A stretch of 64,000 bases of DNA from Eledone cirrhosa (taxonomy: Eukaryota): contig OZ024743.1 in NCBI GenBank assembly GCA_964016885.1, positions 311,240,001 to 311,304,000 on the forward strand, given 5' to 3'. Positions 32,460-45,470 of this stretch are shown here, piece by piece. Under the pieces are notes generated by a model. The model had not been told where the DNA came from, searched no databases, and saw nothing but the letters and a program-made list of their open reading frames with translations. The translations under genes were made by a program, and so were the position numbers. How positions within the stretch are numbered: position 1 is the first letter of the stretch; every line of letters starts with the position of its first letter.

Positions 32460-32529
32460 CCGACCTGAGGTATATGGTCTTTAAAGCGATGAAATACCGA
32501 TGATGGTTGGAAGATCACTGATGAAGGAC
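32460..32529 (+). ncRNA. Candidate permuted hammerhead with kink-turn (family Y), copy 2
   Basis: ccgacc tGA ggta TA tggtctt taaagcgat GAAA tacc gat GA t ggttgg aagatca CTGATGA agg. Confidence 0.5.
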
Positions 32530-32537
32530 TAACTTTA

Positions 32538-32594
<57 letters not shown>

Positions 32595-32610
32595 CATATA
32601 TACACACACA

Positions 32611-32742
<132 letters not shown>

Positions 32743-32782
32743 CATACATATATATATACACACATACACAAATACACACATA

Positions 32783-32828
<46 letters not shown>

Positions 32829-32835
32829 TATATAA

Positions 32836-35046
32836 CGCGAGGACCAAAAACGTGAGCGGTTCAGGATTGCTAGGCAATGTGTCAAGGAAAACCGTGATAT
32901 TGTCGGGGAGAAGTGTGTCCTTAATGATGATGGCGTACTTGCCATCACCGACGCTGATAAGAAGGTAGCTTGGAAGTGTCACTACGAAAGGCTACTAAAT
33001 AAGGAGAATAAATGGGAGAATAACAGTCTCCCCCACATCGATCCAATAGAGGAACCAGCAGTGCTAGTTGAAGGTAGTATAATAAGTAAGGCAATCAAAG
33101 ATATGAAGACGGATAAGGCGGCTGGGCCTTCGGAAATAGTTGCTGAAATGCTGAAAGCATCTGGAACGGTGGGACACACCATGGTCACCCGGATAGTAAA
33201 CGAAGTCATACAGAATGGGGTTGTTCGGAAGGACTGGCGTAACATCATCATCATTAACTGCTACAAGGGTAAAGGAGATGCCCTAGATAGGGGTAACTAT
33301 AGAGGCATTAAATTAATCGACCAGGTCATGAAGGTCACAGAAAAAGTAATAGCGCAACTAATCAGAGAGCGAATTGATCTAGATGAAATGCAGTTCGGGT
33401 TTGTGTCAGGTAAAAGTACCACAGACGCTCTTTTCATTGTACGACAACTACAGGAGAAGTACCTGGCTAAAAGTAAACCCCCTATACTTAGCTTTTGTTG
33501 ACTTGGAGAAAGCCTTTGACAGAGTCATCCGCTCCATTATCTGGTGGGCTCTTAGAAAACTAGGTGTTGATGAATGACTCGTAAGAGCTATACAAGCGAT
33601 GTATAAAGAAACAGTCAGCAAGGTTAGAATTAACAACGAATATAGTGAAGAGTTTAACGTAAAAGTTGGTGTTCATCAGGGCTCCGTTCTTAGCCTCCTA
33701 CTATTTATTATTGCCCTTCAGGCTATAACAGAGGAGTTCAAGACCGGCTGCCCATGGGAACTCCTATACGCAGATGATTTAACGCTCATAGCTGAATCAA
33801 TGGCTGAACTAGAGAAGAAATTCCAAACATGGAAGCACGGCCTAGAATCAAAAGGCCTTAAAATTAACCTGTCTAAGACTAAAGTTCTAGTTTGTAGGAA
33901 GGAAAATAGGGCACCGGTCCCATCTGGGAAATGGCCATGCTCAGTGTGTAGGAAAGGAGTAGGCAGAAACTCCATTTTATGTCCCAAATGCAAAGTATGG
34001 GAGCATAAAAGATGTAGTGGGATCACAGGTAAGCTAATTAAGAATATAGATTTTATATGTGGCCGGTGCTCTGGTGCAATAAGTAGCAGCAAGTGCAAGT
34101 GCCCACAGGATACTAGCTCATTCCATTACACAGATGGTTCTATAGAAATAGTGGACAACTTCCGTTACCTGGGTGACAAAATCAGCAGTGGTGGAGGGTG
34201 CTCTGAAAGTACAGTAGCTAGAGTTAGAACGGGATGTAAAAAGTTCAGAGAGCTTATACCACTATTGGTCGCTAAAGGGTTCTCTCTAAAAATGAAAGGC
34301 AGGCTGTATGATGCCTGTATACGAACAGCAATGTTACATGGCAGTGAGACTTGGGCATTGTGTGCAGAGGATATACGCAGACTGGAGAGGAACGAAGCTT
34401 GTATGCTCCGCTGGATGTGTAATAGTAATATTTGTGAACGGCAAAGCTTAAATGAACTAAGGGAGAAATTAGGAATAAGAGGGATCAGATGTTGTTTACT
34501 CGAGAGAAGACTACGTTGGTATGGTCACGTGATGCGCATGAAAGACGACAGCTGTATAAAAAAGTGCAGGGCGATAAAAATAGACGGTATCCACGGAGTA
34601 AGCAGCCCCAGAAAAACCTGGGACGACTTGATAAATTCCGACCTCACACACTTACACCTCTCCAAGAAAATGTCACTGGGCCGAGATCTTTGGCGCTACA
34701 CGGTAATACAGAAGACCCGCCTTGCCTAAGTACAAAGCGAAACCTACAGTCAGTAGGCACCTCTAACAAAAATACACCCCCGTCCACTACCCCTACCCCA
34801 TCTACACCACCCCTTTCAATGTAAAGTTATGTTGGTACCACAACATCCAGTCCGAAATAAATGAGGTCGTGTAGGTAACACGGTAAAAACCTCCCAGTCC
34901 ACACTGTAAACGTGGTTGGTGTTAGGAAGGGCATCCAGCCGTAGAAAACCCGCCAGACTGTCCTATACGAGCAAGACAACCAATCCTGCCTCAAGTGGGA
35001 AAATTCCCGTCCAAACCTATGCAAGCGTGGATGATGGACGTTAAAC

Positions 35047-35076
<30 letters not shown>
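32836..35076 (+). mobile_element. 5'-truncated RTE/RTE-X-like LINE
   Basis: KAAGPS, NYRGIKL, QFGF, FVDLEKAFDRV, GVHQGSVLS, YADD, RLRWYGHVMR; (gat)n 3' tail. Confidence 0.9.
32850..34729 (+). pseudogene. Reverse transcriptase with internal PHD-like zinc finger; one frameshift and one stop
   Basis: ORF pieces 33061-33501, 33383-33577 and 33599-34729. Confidence 0.85.
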
Positions 35077-35106
<30 letters not shown>

Positions 35107-35112
<6 letters not shown>

Positions 35113-35880
35113 AAACTGGAACGGGAACAAAAACAGAGAAGCAGTGCAAACAAAGGTTTATTAGTTTCACGCTCTTGTGAGTGGAGGGGTGGGGTGGGGA
35201 ACGACGTTTCGGGCATAAGCCCTTCTTCAGGAGAAAAGAGGGGGGAAGAGAGTTCCGAGGGTGTGGGGGGGGGAGACACTTAGAAAAAAAGGGAGGGTCG
35301 GTGGAAAGGGTACAAATAAAAATTAAAATAAACATAAAGATAGACAAGTGGTGGAAGGGTGTGGGTGGTGGCGGGTGGAGAGGGAGGGGGGTCCGAGCGG
35401 GGAGGGCTGAAGGTGGTGTTTGTGTATGTGTGTAGGGGTACGTGTGTGTATGTGAATGTGAGAGTTGAGGGAAGAACGAGATTACATGTACAGGAAAAGG
35501 TGTATGCGTGTGGATGGGGAGGGGTCAGAGGGGTGGGGGAGGGGAAGGATTCTGGAGCTGACTGTGTATATGTAGGGGTACGCACGTGTGTGTTGGTGTT
35601 TATACGTGGTGTGGATGTAAGTGGCGTGGTTCGAAAAAACATTGTGAGTGTATATACGTGGGTAAGTTCCTAAGGTAGTACCGAGGAGTGTGCGAAGAGT
35701 TGCTGGATATTTTTCATGTTATGGAGTGGATAGCTGGAACGATGAGCGGTGGTATGTAATCCGTTGGTTGTAGTGGTCGGAAGTGGGGACATGTGGGGTG
35801 CGCGCGCAACAGGATGTGGTCAGAGGGTCAAGGCAGGATGAAGGCATAGCAGTAGAGGAGAATGACAGGCGGAGAAAGTC
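35107..35880 (-). mobile_element. PLE 3' terminal region, paralogue of ~42990-43865
   Basis: Inverted homology; ends with HHR-like CTGAAGA a gggc ttat gccc GAAACGTC. Confidence 0.7.
35198..35236 (-). ncRNA. Minimal hammerhead motif (family G); degenerate copy at ~43746-43782 (+)
   Basis: Core and stem II intact, ACGT palindrome in place of stem III, stem I poor. Confidence 0.5.
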
Positions 35881-36006
35881 AGTGTGTGGTGAGGACTGTG
35901 TGTCTGTGTGTGCGGAGAAGTGGGCAGAGGGTCAAGGAAGGATGAAGGCATAGCAGTAGAGGATATATATACAAATATATATATATATATACATACACAC
36001 ATACAT

Positions 36007-36109
<103 letters not shown>

Positions 36110-36194
36110 CATATATATATACACATAGATATACACACATACACATACACATAAATACATACACACATACACACATATATACATATATATATAT

Positions 36195-36790
36195 ATGGTG
36201 GCTGCCAACTCGTTTTCGAGTACGGCCGCTACTTTATATCCATGTAGGAGAACCCCTACCGATGCGCTGAACAAGTGTGACTTTTTAGTCCAACAGCGAC
36301 TTGAACACTCTGGTACAAACACTACACTTGTGACAATTATTGACACATTGTGCTGGGCCCGTGATACCATGTGACGATAAGTGCAGAGAGATCTCCAGAT
36401 ATAAAGCAATGCCTGTGCCGTGAAGCTTTTATAGTGAGCAAAGGCACTGCACAAAGCCAGTCCCACTCTCTTAACCAAGATGTTATTTACCAAAAAGAAG
36501 AACAAGTCAACATCATTGGATACCATCAGGGTTGCAGGTGTTATATCAGAGTTTTCCTTCTCCTACAATTCTGCCTTGACAAAGGCTAAGGGGTCATCTC
36601 TCCCGGTGATTTTGGATGACAATTGACTCTTAAGAGCTCCTTTGCCCTTTGACAGGTTTTGTTTTTAGTACTGCAGGATGTCCAAAGAAACCTTGGTGGG
36701 GTTGCCAGTTTAGTCGCAAACGACCCGACCATGGGACAGGTTGTAGTGGGATACATCTTACCAGTAGCACCAACTGGTGACCTGACACAA
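36195..36790 (-). mobile_element. Dispersed repeat, probable RTE 5' UTR; partial copy at 53931-54260 (+)
   Basis: Two near-identical copies; ggagaaggaaaactctga motif recalled from RTE-BovB-like 5' UTRs, not verified. Confidence 0.5.
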
Positions 36791-36914
36791 ATATATATAT
36801 ACACACACACATATATAAAAAAGTATATACATACATACACACCCACATATATATACACAGACATATACACATACACATACATATATATACATATATATAC
36901 ATATATATATACAT

Positions 36915-36951
<37 letters not shown>

Positions 36952-37046
36952 CATATACATACAAATATATGTATATATACATAGATACACATATATACAC
37001 ATATACACACATATTCACATACACATACACACACATATACACATAT

Positions 37047-37102
<56 letters not shown>

Positions 37103-37138
37103 GCATATACATACATGTACACACATACACACACATGT

Positions 37139-37181
<43 letters not shown>

Positions 37182-37469
37182 CATACTCATATGCAGGTAC
37201 ATATAAACGCACGTACACACAAACATACGCATATATACGTACGGTCATTCATACAAATACGTACATACATGTACTCATAAATATACACATATACACAGAC
37301 ACACATATACAGCTCTACATGCAGAAAGAGCAGATAGGTAAGAAGTATTTACATGACCATAGTTTCGGGTCGTGATGGGGTAGGAGTAGGGTGGGAAGGA
37401 GGTAGAGGGGGTATCTTGTCGAGTGGAGTTTTTTCAAAAAAAGGGAAATCTGTTTTACCCATCTGGTAT

Positions 37470-38300
37470 TAACACTGTCTTAAGGTATTTGAAAGTTGCA
37501 AAGTGTTTGTGCATGCAATTCGGTCAGTGTTCAGAGACTTTGTTCAGTAGCGGGCCCTTGGCGAATAATATTTCGTAGCTCTCTGATATACAAAGTTCGC
37601 AGCACTTGTGTCCTCCGTTGTATGAGCGCGCTTTACTGGAGTATTTCCATTTAAGCGTGAAGGGTGTGGAGTTCCTTTTGAGGTCCCAAACATAGGAGGC
37701 GAGTGTTGTCTGATTTGATTTGTCTGGTCTTCTGAAGGAGTTCGTATGGGCATACCACCGGGTCTTAAAATTATCGGAAGTCATGCCGACGTAAGTCTTT
37801 TTGTTGTTGCTATCATCGGTGCCTGAGATGACATCACATTGGTATACGATGTTATTAGTCAGGCATTAGTTTTCAAGTGTGTAGGCTTCTTTATTTAGGC
37901 AGTTGCACAAAGCTTCAGTCCGAGAATTGGGTTCGGAGGGGGTTGGCTTATTTATTTTTTTAGAATTGAGATTGACTATATTCCTACCTAGGTTAGGTGT
38001 AGTGGAGTAGGAGAGTCTTATTGTGTTCTTATTGAAGATGGTGTAGTACCTATGCTGTATGGGGAAGTGTGTGTTCAGTAAAGTGAAGAAAGTCCTAGCT
38101 ATAGGTGTAGAGACCTCTCTATTGAAGCGGGGGTGTACCAGCTAATCTGCCTATGCCTATTCTTCCTATGCAGTCTTGCGGTAGTTTCTAGGTAAGTTAT
38201 CTTTTCTTTAAATCCGTTGCGGGCGAGGGCCTCATTGTAGTAGGAGGCAGAAGTGTTAAATACATCTTTATTGGCTGAGAGGCCAGAGATTCTAATTGAA
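37470..38300 (-). mobile_element. Penelope linker + GIY-YIG fragment
   Basis: IFNKNTIRLSYS, NIVYQC, YVGMTSDNFKTRWYAH, CELCISE. Confidence 0.85.
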
Positions 38301-38579
38301 ACCCATCAACCTTGACTGACCTCCAACCATCTTGTAGACACCTGAAATATAGGCATTGTTAGCTTAAGCGAAACTTAAAAATAAGGAGTGGCACTCCAAT
38401 TTGAACTTGTTCATAGAATTCTTCTGCCTTTGTCACTCTAATTATAAATTATAACTTTATAGAATTAGCTTTTAATGAATTCCCTTTTCTTTCAACCAAT
38501 GACGTCCACCCATCCCACTCCCCACCATCTCCTACCACCAGAAAAGATATAAATACCACCATATTTACTTGGACAGTCA

Positions 38580-38630
38580 GATTCCTGATGATTTCTCACG
38601 AATGAAACAGTTCTAGTCCTGTAGAAGCTC
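38580..38630 (+). ncRNA. Type I hammerhead (family C)
   Basis: ttc CTGATGA tttctcacgaat GAAA cag ttctagtc ctg TA gaa. Confidence 0.75.
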
Positions 38631-38729
38631 TTCTATATTAAACTTGTATACTCTGTTATGTATTGAGTACCCTACTTACTGTGGTTACCTCTGATTCAAC
38701 CCGGAATAAATTACCTATATATATATATA

Positions 38730-39474
38730 TCTGTATATATATAAATCTGAAAATTTCTGTATGTGTATATGTGTGTCGACGTTTTTTAATGAGGGCTCAT
38801 ATATTCATGCGATTTCTTTGAAATTCTTTACAGAGCTTCTCCTTGCACAAAACCTGTACATGATCTACAAAGGCTTTCAAAAATCTTTCAAAAAATATTG
38901 GGGCCTTTGGAGACATTAAAAAAGTTTCGGTTATTTGTGTGAATTTTCGTGATTAAGTAAGACAAGAGTTATCTTTCGTAATCAAGAGTTATCTTTCGTA
39001 ATTCGGCTCATTCGGATTTTAATTTACTCTTTCAAAGAGAATAACAATATCATTTCGTATATTTCACAACCAGCAATTTCTAACAGATTACTAAGTTAAG
39101 TTATAGATTTGACATTGTATAATTTATCGTTTCAAGCTTGATGTTCATATTAACTGATCTCATAACTGTTAGAATATTATGCTTAAATTTATCTAATGGA
39201 TGGTTTATACATCAAAGACGTAGAATTATTCTATTTTTTCCCATTGATTAGACTACGTTTCTGACACATAATTTAATTATTAACTTACATACCCTGTACA
39301 TTTCCAACGTTCTACCGCTATATATACTTCAAATACATTTTACAATTAATCTTTATTTTTACATTCGATTGTGTTATATTGTGTTTCTTCTATGTATTAA
39401 AATTTACTTTGTTTAGTTTAATTAGCTACATCGAAAGCTACTTGAACCGTCCAAATGACGTGTAGTTTAGCTAG
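38730..39474 (+). mobile_element. Non-autonomous Helitron
   Basis: A|TCTGTATATATATAAA start; cgtc-caaat-gacg hairpin then CTAG|T. Confidence 0.6.
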
Positions 39475-39478
39475 TACA

Positions 39479-39517
<39 letters not shown>

Positions 39518-39591
39518 GGAGAGTGTCTATATGTTTGCATGTACATGTGTATATATAGATTTATATGTGTGTGTGTATGTGTATGTATATA

Positions 39592-39635
<44 letters not shown>

Positions 39636-39814
39636 TGTATGTGCATGTGTATATATATATGTATAGGTATATATATATATATATATTATATTTATATACA
39701 CCACCTTCACCAGTAATTGATTTGACAGATGTCATTAACCCATTGATACCAAATATTGTTTGGCCAGTAGTTCGTGTGTATGTGTATATATATGTGTGTC
39801 AATATATATATATA

Positions 39815-40022
39815 TATAGGAACGAGTAGAACCCCGATGGCTGAGCTCAAGCCGTTTCGACGGCTAATTCTGGACTAAATTTAGTCCAGAATTAGCCGTC
39901 GAAACGGCTTGAGCTCAGCCGTCGGGGTCCTACTCGTTCCTATTACCCACTCTACTACCCTAAGTACTGAGTACTTTGGTGCGTTATGGTCCACCTGGTT
40001 CCTTACCACATTTCCTTCGTTA
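39815..40022. repeat. ~125 bp palindrome centred at 39880 at the start of a repeat also found at 48319-48458
   Basis: Arms are reverse complements; contains HHR 3' half GAAA cggct tgagctc agccg TC. Confidence 0.85.
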
Positions 40023-40028
40023 TATATA

Positions 40029-40068
<40 letters not shown>

Positions 40069-41015
40069 CTTGTGCGTCTGTGTCTATATATCTATGTTTG
40101 CTTGCATGAATGAATACACTAAGCTTTAGATTTAGTAGAATGTACAACCCCACTGATTCCAGCTATTTGCAGTTTTTATATTTTGGTTTCTATTAATTCC
40201 CTGGGGAGTTGGTTGACCAAATGCTTTGCTTAATTATTTTATTTGTTTTTTAAAATGTTTATTCTTTCTCTTTGACTTCAGGTAATTTTTGAAAGCCAAG
40301 CATTGGTCGCTAAAATACTGCAGTGGGCCCTGCATGTTACTACGGTCCCCTGCGATGCTACCGTGGGCCCCCTGGGGACCACTTGCCATTGGCCAACTTG
40401 GTAACCTGACCAGTCAGCCACTGTATATATATATATATATATATAAATTTTAGTACAGCATTAACGAAGCTTTAGTATACGGCCAAGCTAGCGTGTATGC
40501 ATAATCGGTCTGTAGCTTTAGCACTCAGATGAGGTAAGACCCCAGAGTAATAACATTATGTTCAGACAGCTTAGCAAATCAGATATAGCAGTCGCAGTCC
40601 GACCGCATTACCAGAGCAACGAAAATACAGGACCCAGGAAAAGATATATATATTTTGAAACCTTTTCTTATTTGCTAAACCTTGATTATATATGTTCTGG
40701 CTCGTTAATTTATTAACCTGCCATTGAACCACATTGGCATATGGTTGGATAATACATGTGTTCCTATTCGTTTTTTGCGTGTAGGCATATATACCTTATT
40801 ATTATTAATCTCCCCTGGTCGAGATCAAATCTGATCATTTTGAATACTCCTATTTATAGTGGTAGTAGACTGACCTCCCTGCCTCTGCTTCTATCTTTTC
40901 ACACGGCACTGGACAGAATTGCTTCCACATCATTCATTCTCATCTCGGGAACAATTTTGAATAGCGCCAGTTCGTAATTTGAACTCGGGAATTTTATATT
41001 CTCCGAGTGAAAAGA

Positions 41016-41101
41016 ACCTTCTGACGAGAGTTTATCTTTTCAATAGAAGCCCGCAGGACTGTCCATTTATTTTTGAGACTCGAAACCGATTCGGTAAAGG
41101 T
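41016..41101 (+). ncRNA. Type I hammerhead with extended stem II (family F)
   Basis: acctt CTGACGA gagttt [~42 nt] agactc GAAA ccgattcgg TA aaggt; in a ~485 bp unit bounded by direct repeats at ~40652-40692 and 41136-41175. Confidence 0.85.
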
Positions 41102-41168
41102 AACCATAGTAAGTACAGTGAATTCTTTGAAATTTATTTTGAAACTTTTTCTTATTTACTAAACCTTG

Positions 41169-41239
<71 letters not shown>

Positions 41240-41259
41240 GAGTGCGTGTATATGGGTAT

Positions 41260-43865
41260 ATATAGTCCAGCGCAACCTACATCGTACAGACCGGACGTCT
41301 CCTGGCGGATCGGTTCACGGAGCACCTCCGAGATATTCGTCTCGGTGGGAGTTCTCCCATCGCCCGCACTTTGGTTCCTCTGGACGCTCCGCCCACCACC
41401 TCACCGTCTGTCGCCTGATAGAATGCCATGGGACCCCCGCCACTCGCTTTAGAGTCGAGCAACACACCATCTTCACCCTACATACCCACATCCCCCCGGC
41501 TTCAACTCGCCACCCTCTTCCTTTAGCCTTCGACCGTCCCCCTCCCCTACACACACCGCCTACTAACACCACTAAAACACTCAGACATTAAACCACTTTA
41601 CACCGTCATCACCCACGCCGACGGCCTACGCGCCCTCCGACACTACCTCGACCTCCGCCCCTCCTCCGTCCGCTCCACCCCATCCTCCTTTGCCGAGCCG
41701 AGCTGGTCCTCACTCTTAACTGCTTCTCCTTCTCGGGTGAGTTTTACCAGCAGGTAACTAGGATAGCCATGGGCACAAGAATGGGCCTCAACTATGACAA
41801 CTTTTTCGTTGGTCATGTTGAGGCCCAAATCTTTGCCCAGTACACCGGCCCCACGTCCGACCTGTACGGTCGTTACATTGACGACTGCATCGGAACCACG
41901 ACCTTCACTCGAGAACAGCTCGACTCCTTTCTCTCCTTCTTCTGCTCCTTCCACCCCTCCCTCCACTTCACCACCTCTATCTCGACCACCCACGTCCACT
42001 TCTTGGACATCTCCGTCGCCATCGATCCCTCCCACCACTCCCTCGTCACCTCCGCCTTCTTCAAATCCACCGACTCCCACTCCTACCTCGACTTCACCTC
42101 CTCCCACCCAACACACACCAAACATTTCATTCCCTACTCCCAACTCCTCCGGATCCGGCGCCTCTGCAGCCGAGATGCTGACTTCGAGACTCAGGCCTTG
42201 TTTCTGGTCAGACATTTCATCCGGAAGGTTAACCCCCTCCCTCGTCCACGCCGCCCTCACTAGCGCCGGCGCTGTCCACCGCTCTCACCCCACACGCTCG
42301 CGCCCCCTCCATCGTCTCCCCTTCCCCCTCACCTACCACCCCTCCACCGCACCATCCTCCCCCTATCACATGTGCACCCACACCCTCAACATGCACACAA
42401 CCCCACACTCAATCACACTATTCACACACCCTACCACCAAAACTAACCCCTACTAACACTAAACCCCACCAAATCATCCACCTCCGACCACCCTACCACT
42501 AATAATACTAAACATCCCCAACACACCTTCCCCCTCACCACACATACACGAACACTCATACACTTACCCACACCCACGTACACACGGATACACTACCCAC
42601 TCCACACCCACACTACCACCACTAACCCCCACTCACAGACCCGCATTCAACCCCCCCCCCACCAGCACCACCACCAATAATACTAACACCCACTCTACCA
42701 CACACACATACACTCATACCCAAACACGCACACACACACCAGTACATTACACTCACTGATACTGTCCCCAGCACCTTTTCTCTCTCTCTCTCCCCCCGCA
42801 CTACCAACACCCCCTACACACACATCCCACTAATACCTCCACTAATATACACACAAACCCCCACACAAACCGCAACATTGTCCCTCAACCTCTCACACAT
42901 ACCCATCCCCTCCCATGTCCACCGCACCTCCGCACACACATACACACAATCCACACCACATACAGATCATCACTAACACCCGTCCGTCTGCCTTCCTCCC
43001 TACCACTGCCTGCTTGTCACATTCCTACTGCTATCTCCTTCCTCCCTCCCCCATCCTTCGCCCTGCCTTGACCCTCCGACCACTTCCTGTTGCGCGCGCA
43101 CCCCACAACTCTCAACTTCCTCATTACCACACCAAGAATTCTACACCACTGGTCCACCACTCCAGATATTCACCCTGCTATACTCGGAATGTTCAACATC
43201 CTTTCCTATACTCTGTGGGAATACATACAGGAACACACACACAAATACTTATACTGTTTTCGCACAGAAGCAACCATACATCCAAACCACAAAAAAACAC
43301 ACATACACACACGTGCGTATCCTCACATACACACACTCGGCCTCCGGACTCCGCACTCCCCCACCCCCTCTGACCCCTCTCCATCCACACGCACGCACAC
43401 ACTGACTTACACCCCACCCATGTGCACATTGGTTTCCCTATTACCCGAACATGGAACTTTGTTCTTCCTCAAACTCACACACTCACATCCACACATACCA
43501 ACGCACACGTACACCTACACACATAAACACACACCACCTTCCACCCTCCCCGCTCAGATCCTCTGTCCCCCCCTCTTCACACCCCCCCCCCCCCCACCCC
43601 ACCCCACCACCACCACCACCCCAACACGCCTCACACCCTTTCACCACTGTTTCATTTTTATTTGTTTATCCTCTTTTTAATCCTCCACCCCCTACTTTTA
43701 ATGTCTTGCCACGACTCCCCATCGGAACACTTTTCCTTTACACTTTTCTCCTGATGAAGGGCTTTTTCTCGGAACGTCGTCCCCCACCCTCCACTCTCAA
43801 GCGTGAACCTAATACTAACACTTGTACTGCACTCTTCGCTTTGTTTTGTTTTCTGTTTTAACTAT
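41260..43865 (+). mobile_element. C-rich Penelope-like element (Poseidon-type)
   Basis: GIY-YIG remnant YIVQTGRLLADRFTEHLRDI at ~41278; RT AMGTRMG, YGRYIDD, HFLDISV, TDSHSYLDFTSSHP; terminal HHR-like motif. Confidence 0.85.
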
Positions 43866-43875
43866 AATATATATA

Positions 43876-44637
<762 letters not shown>

Positions 44638-45410
44638 GTTTGTTAAAATAATCAAATTAAATTAATTCAACAGTTAAACACACATAGGAATAATATGGTT
44701 GTTACCAAAGAGCCAGAAGATTGACAAGTCAAGTCCACTAATAGCTCTAGGAAAGCCGTATATTTTCAACTTTGATTTTGAAAGTAGGTTTATAATTATT
44801 AATTTTCATTATACTTTTGTAGCTGTCTCGGCGGCATAGTTGGGGGAATTATAGACGGTGGTGATCCTGACCTGAATTTCGATCCTGGTTGGGAGTAGGG
44901 TTCCTGGTAAACATTTTCAGCTTTTGGGATGGGTTGTAAAATAAAAACAGAAAAAGATTGCTTAGACCTCTCGACCAGGTTTGAACCCAAGACCAGGATC
45001 TCAACTGCCTGCATTACGTACCGCTAGTCCACCTAGACAATTACGAAAAAAACCTACTGAAAATGTATACTTATAAACCTACTTTCGAAATTTTCAATGC
45101 AAATGTTATGTCTTTCTTAATGTTAGTGCTCCTACTTAAGGTTGACTTTGGGTCTTCCATAAACTACATCCTCGTTTTGTTTCATATCTAAATATAGTCC
45201 AGATTCTAGATTATATTTTAACCTATAATCCATGTTTCATTTCTGTTGCACCTCATTTCTCCCCCTCCCCACCCTCTGTCTTTCTCTCTGTGATATTTGA
45301 ATCTACTATGATTTGGTCTTACCTTATTCATATATTTATTTTCTTGCATGTCAGTTAGATTCAAACTTACAATGATTGGCATTATATATATATATATATA
45401 TATTTATATG

Positions 45411-45470
<60 letters not shown>

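Larger units (their letters stand above)
31815..32540 (+). mobile_element. ~645 bp CT-rich unit with ~80 bp terminal direct repeat
   Basis: 31815-31897 matches 32460-32542. Confidence 0.8.

Noticed and set aside
44965-45040. tRNA-like sequence on the minus strand (also ~51420-51490 and 62040-62112)
   Set aside because: A/B boxes are present but there is no complete cloverleaf; these are SINE heads.
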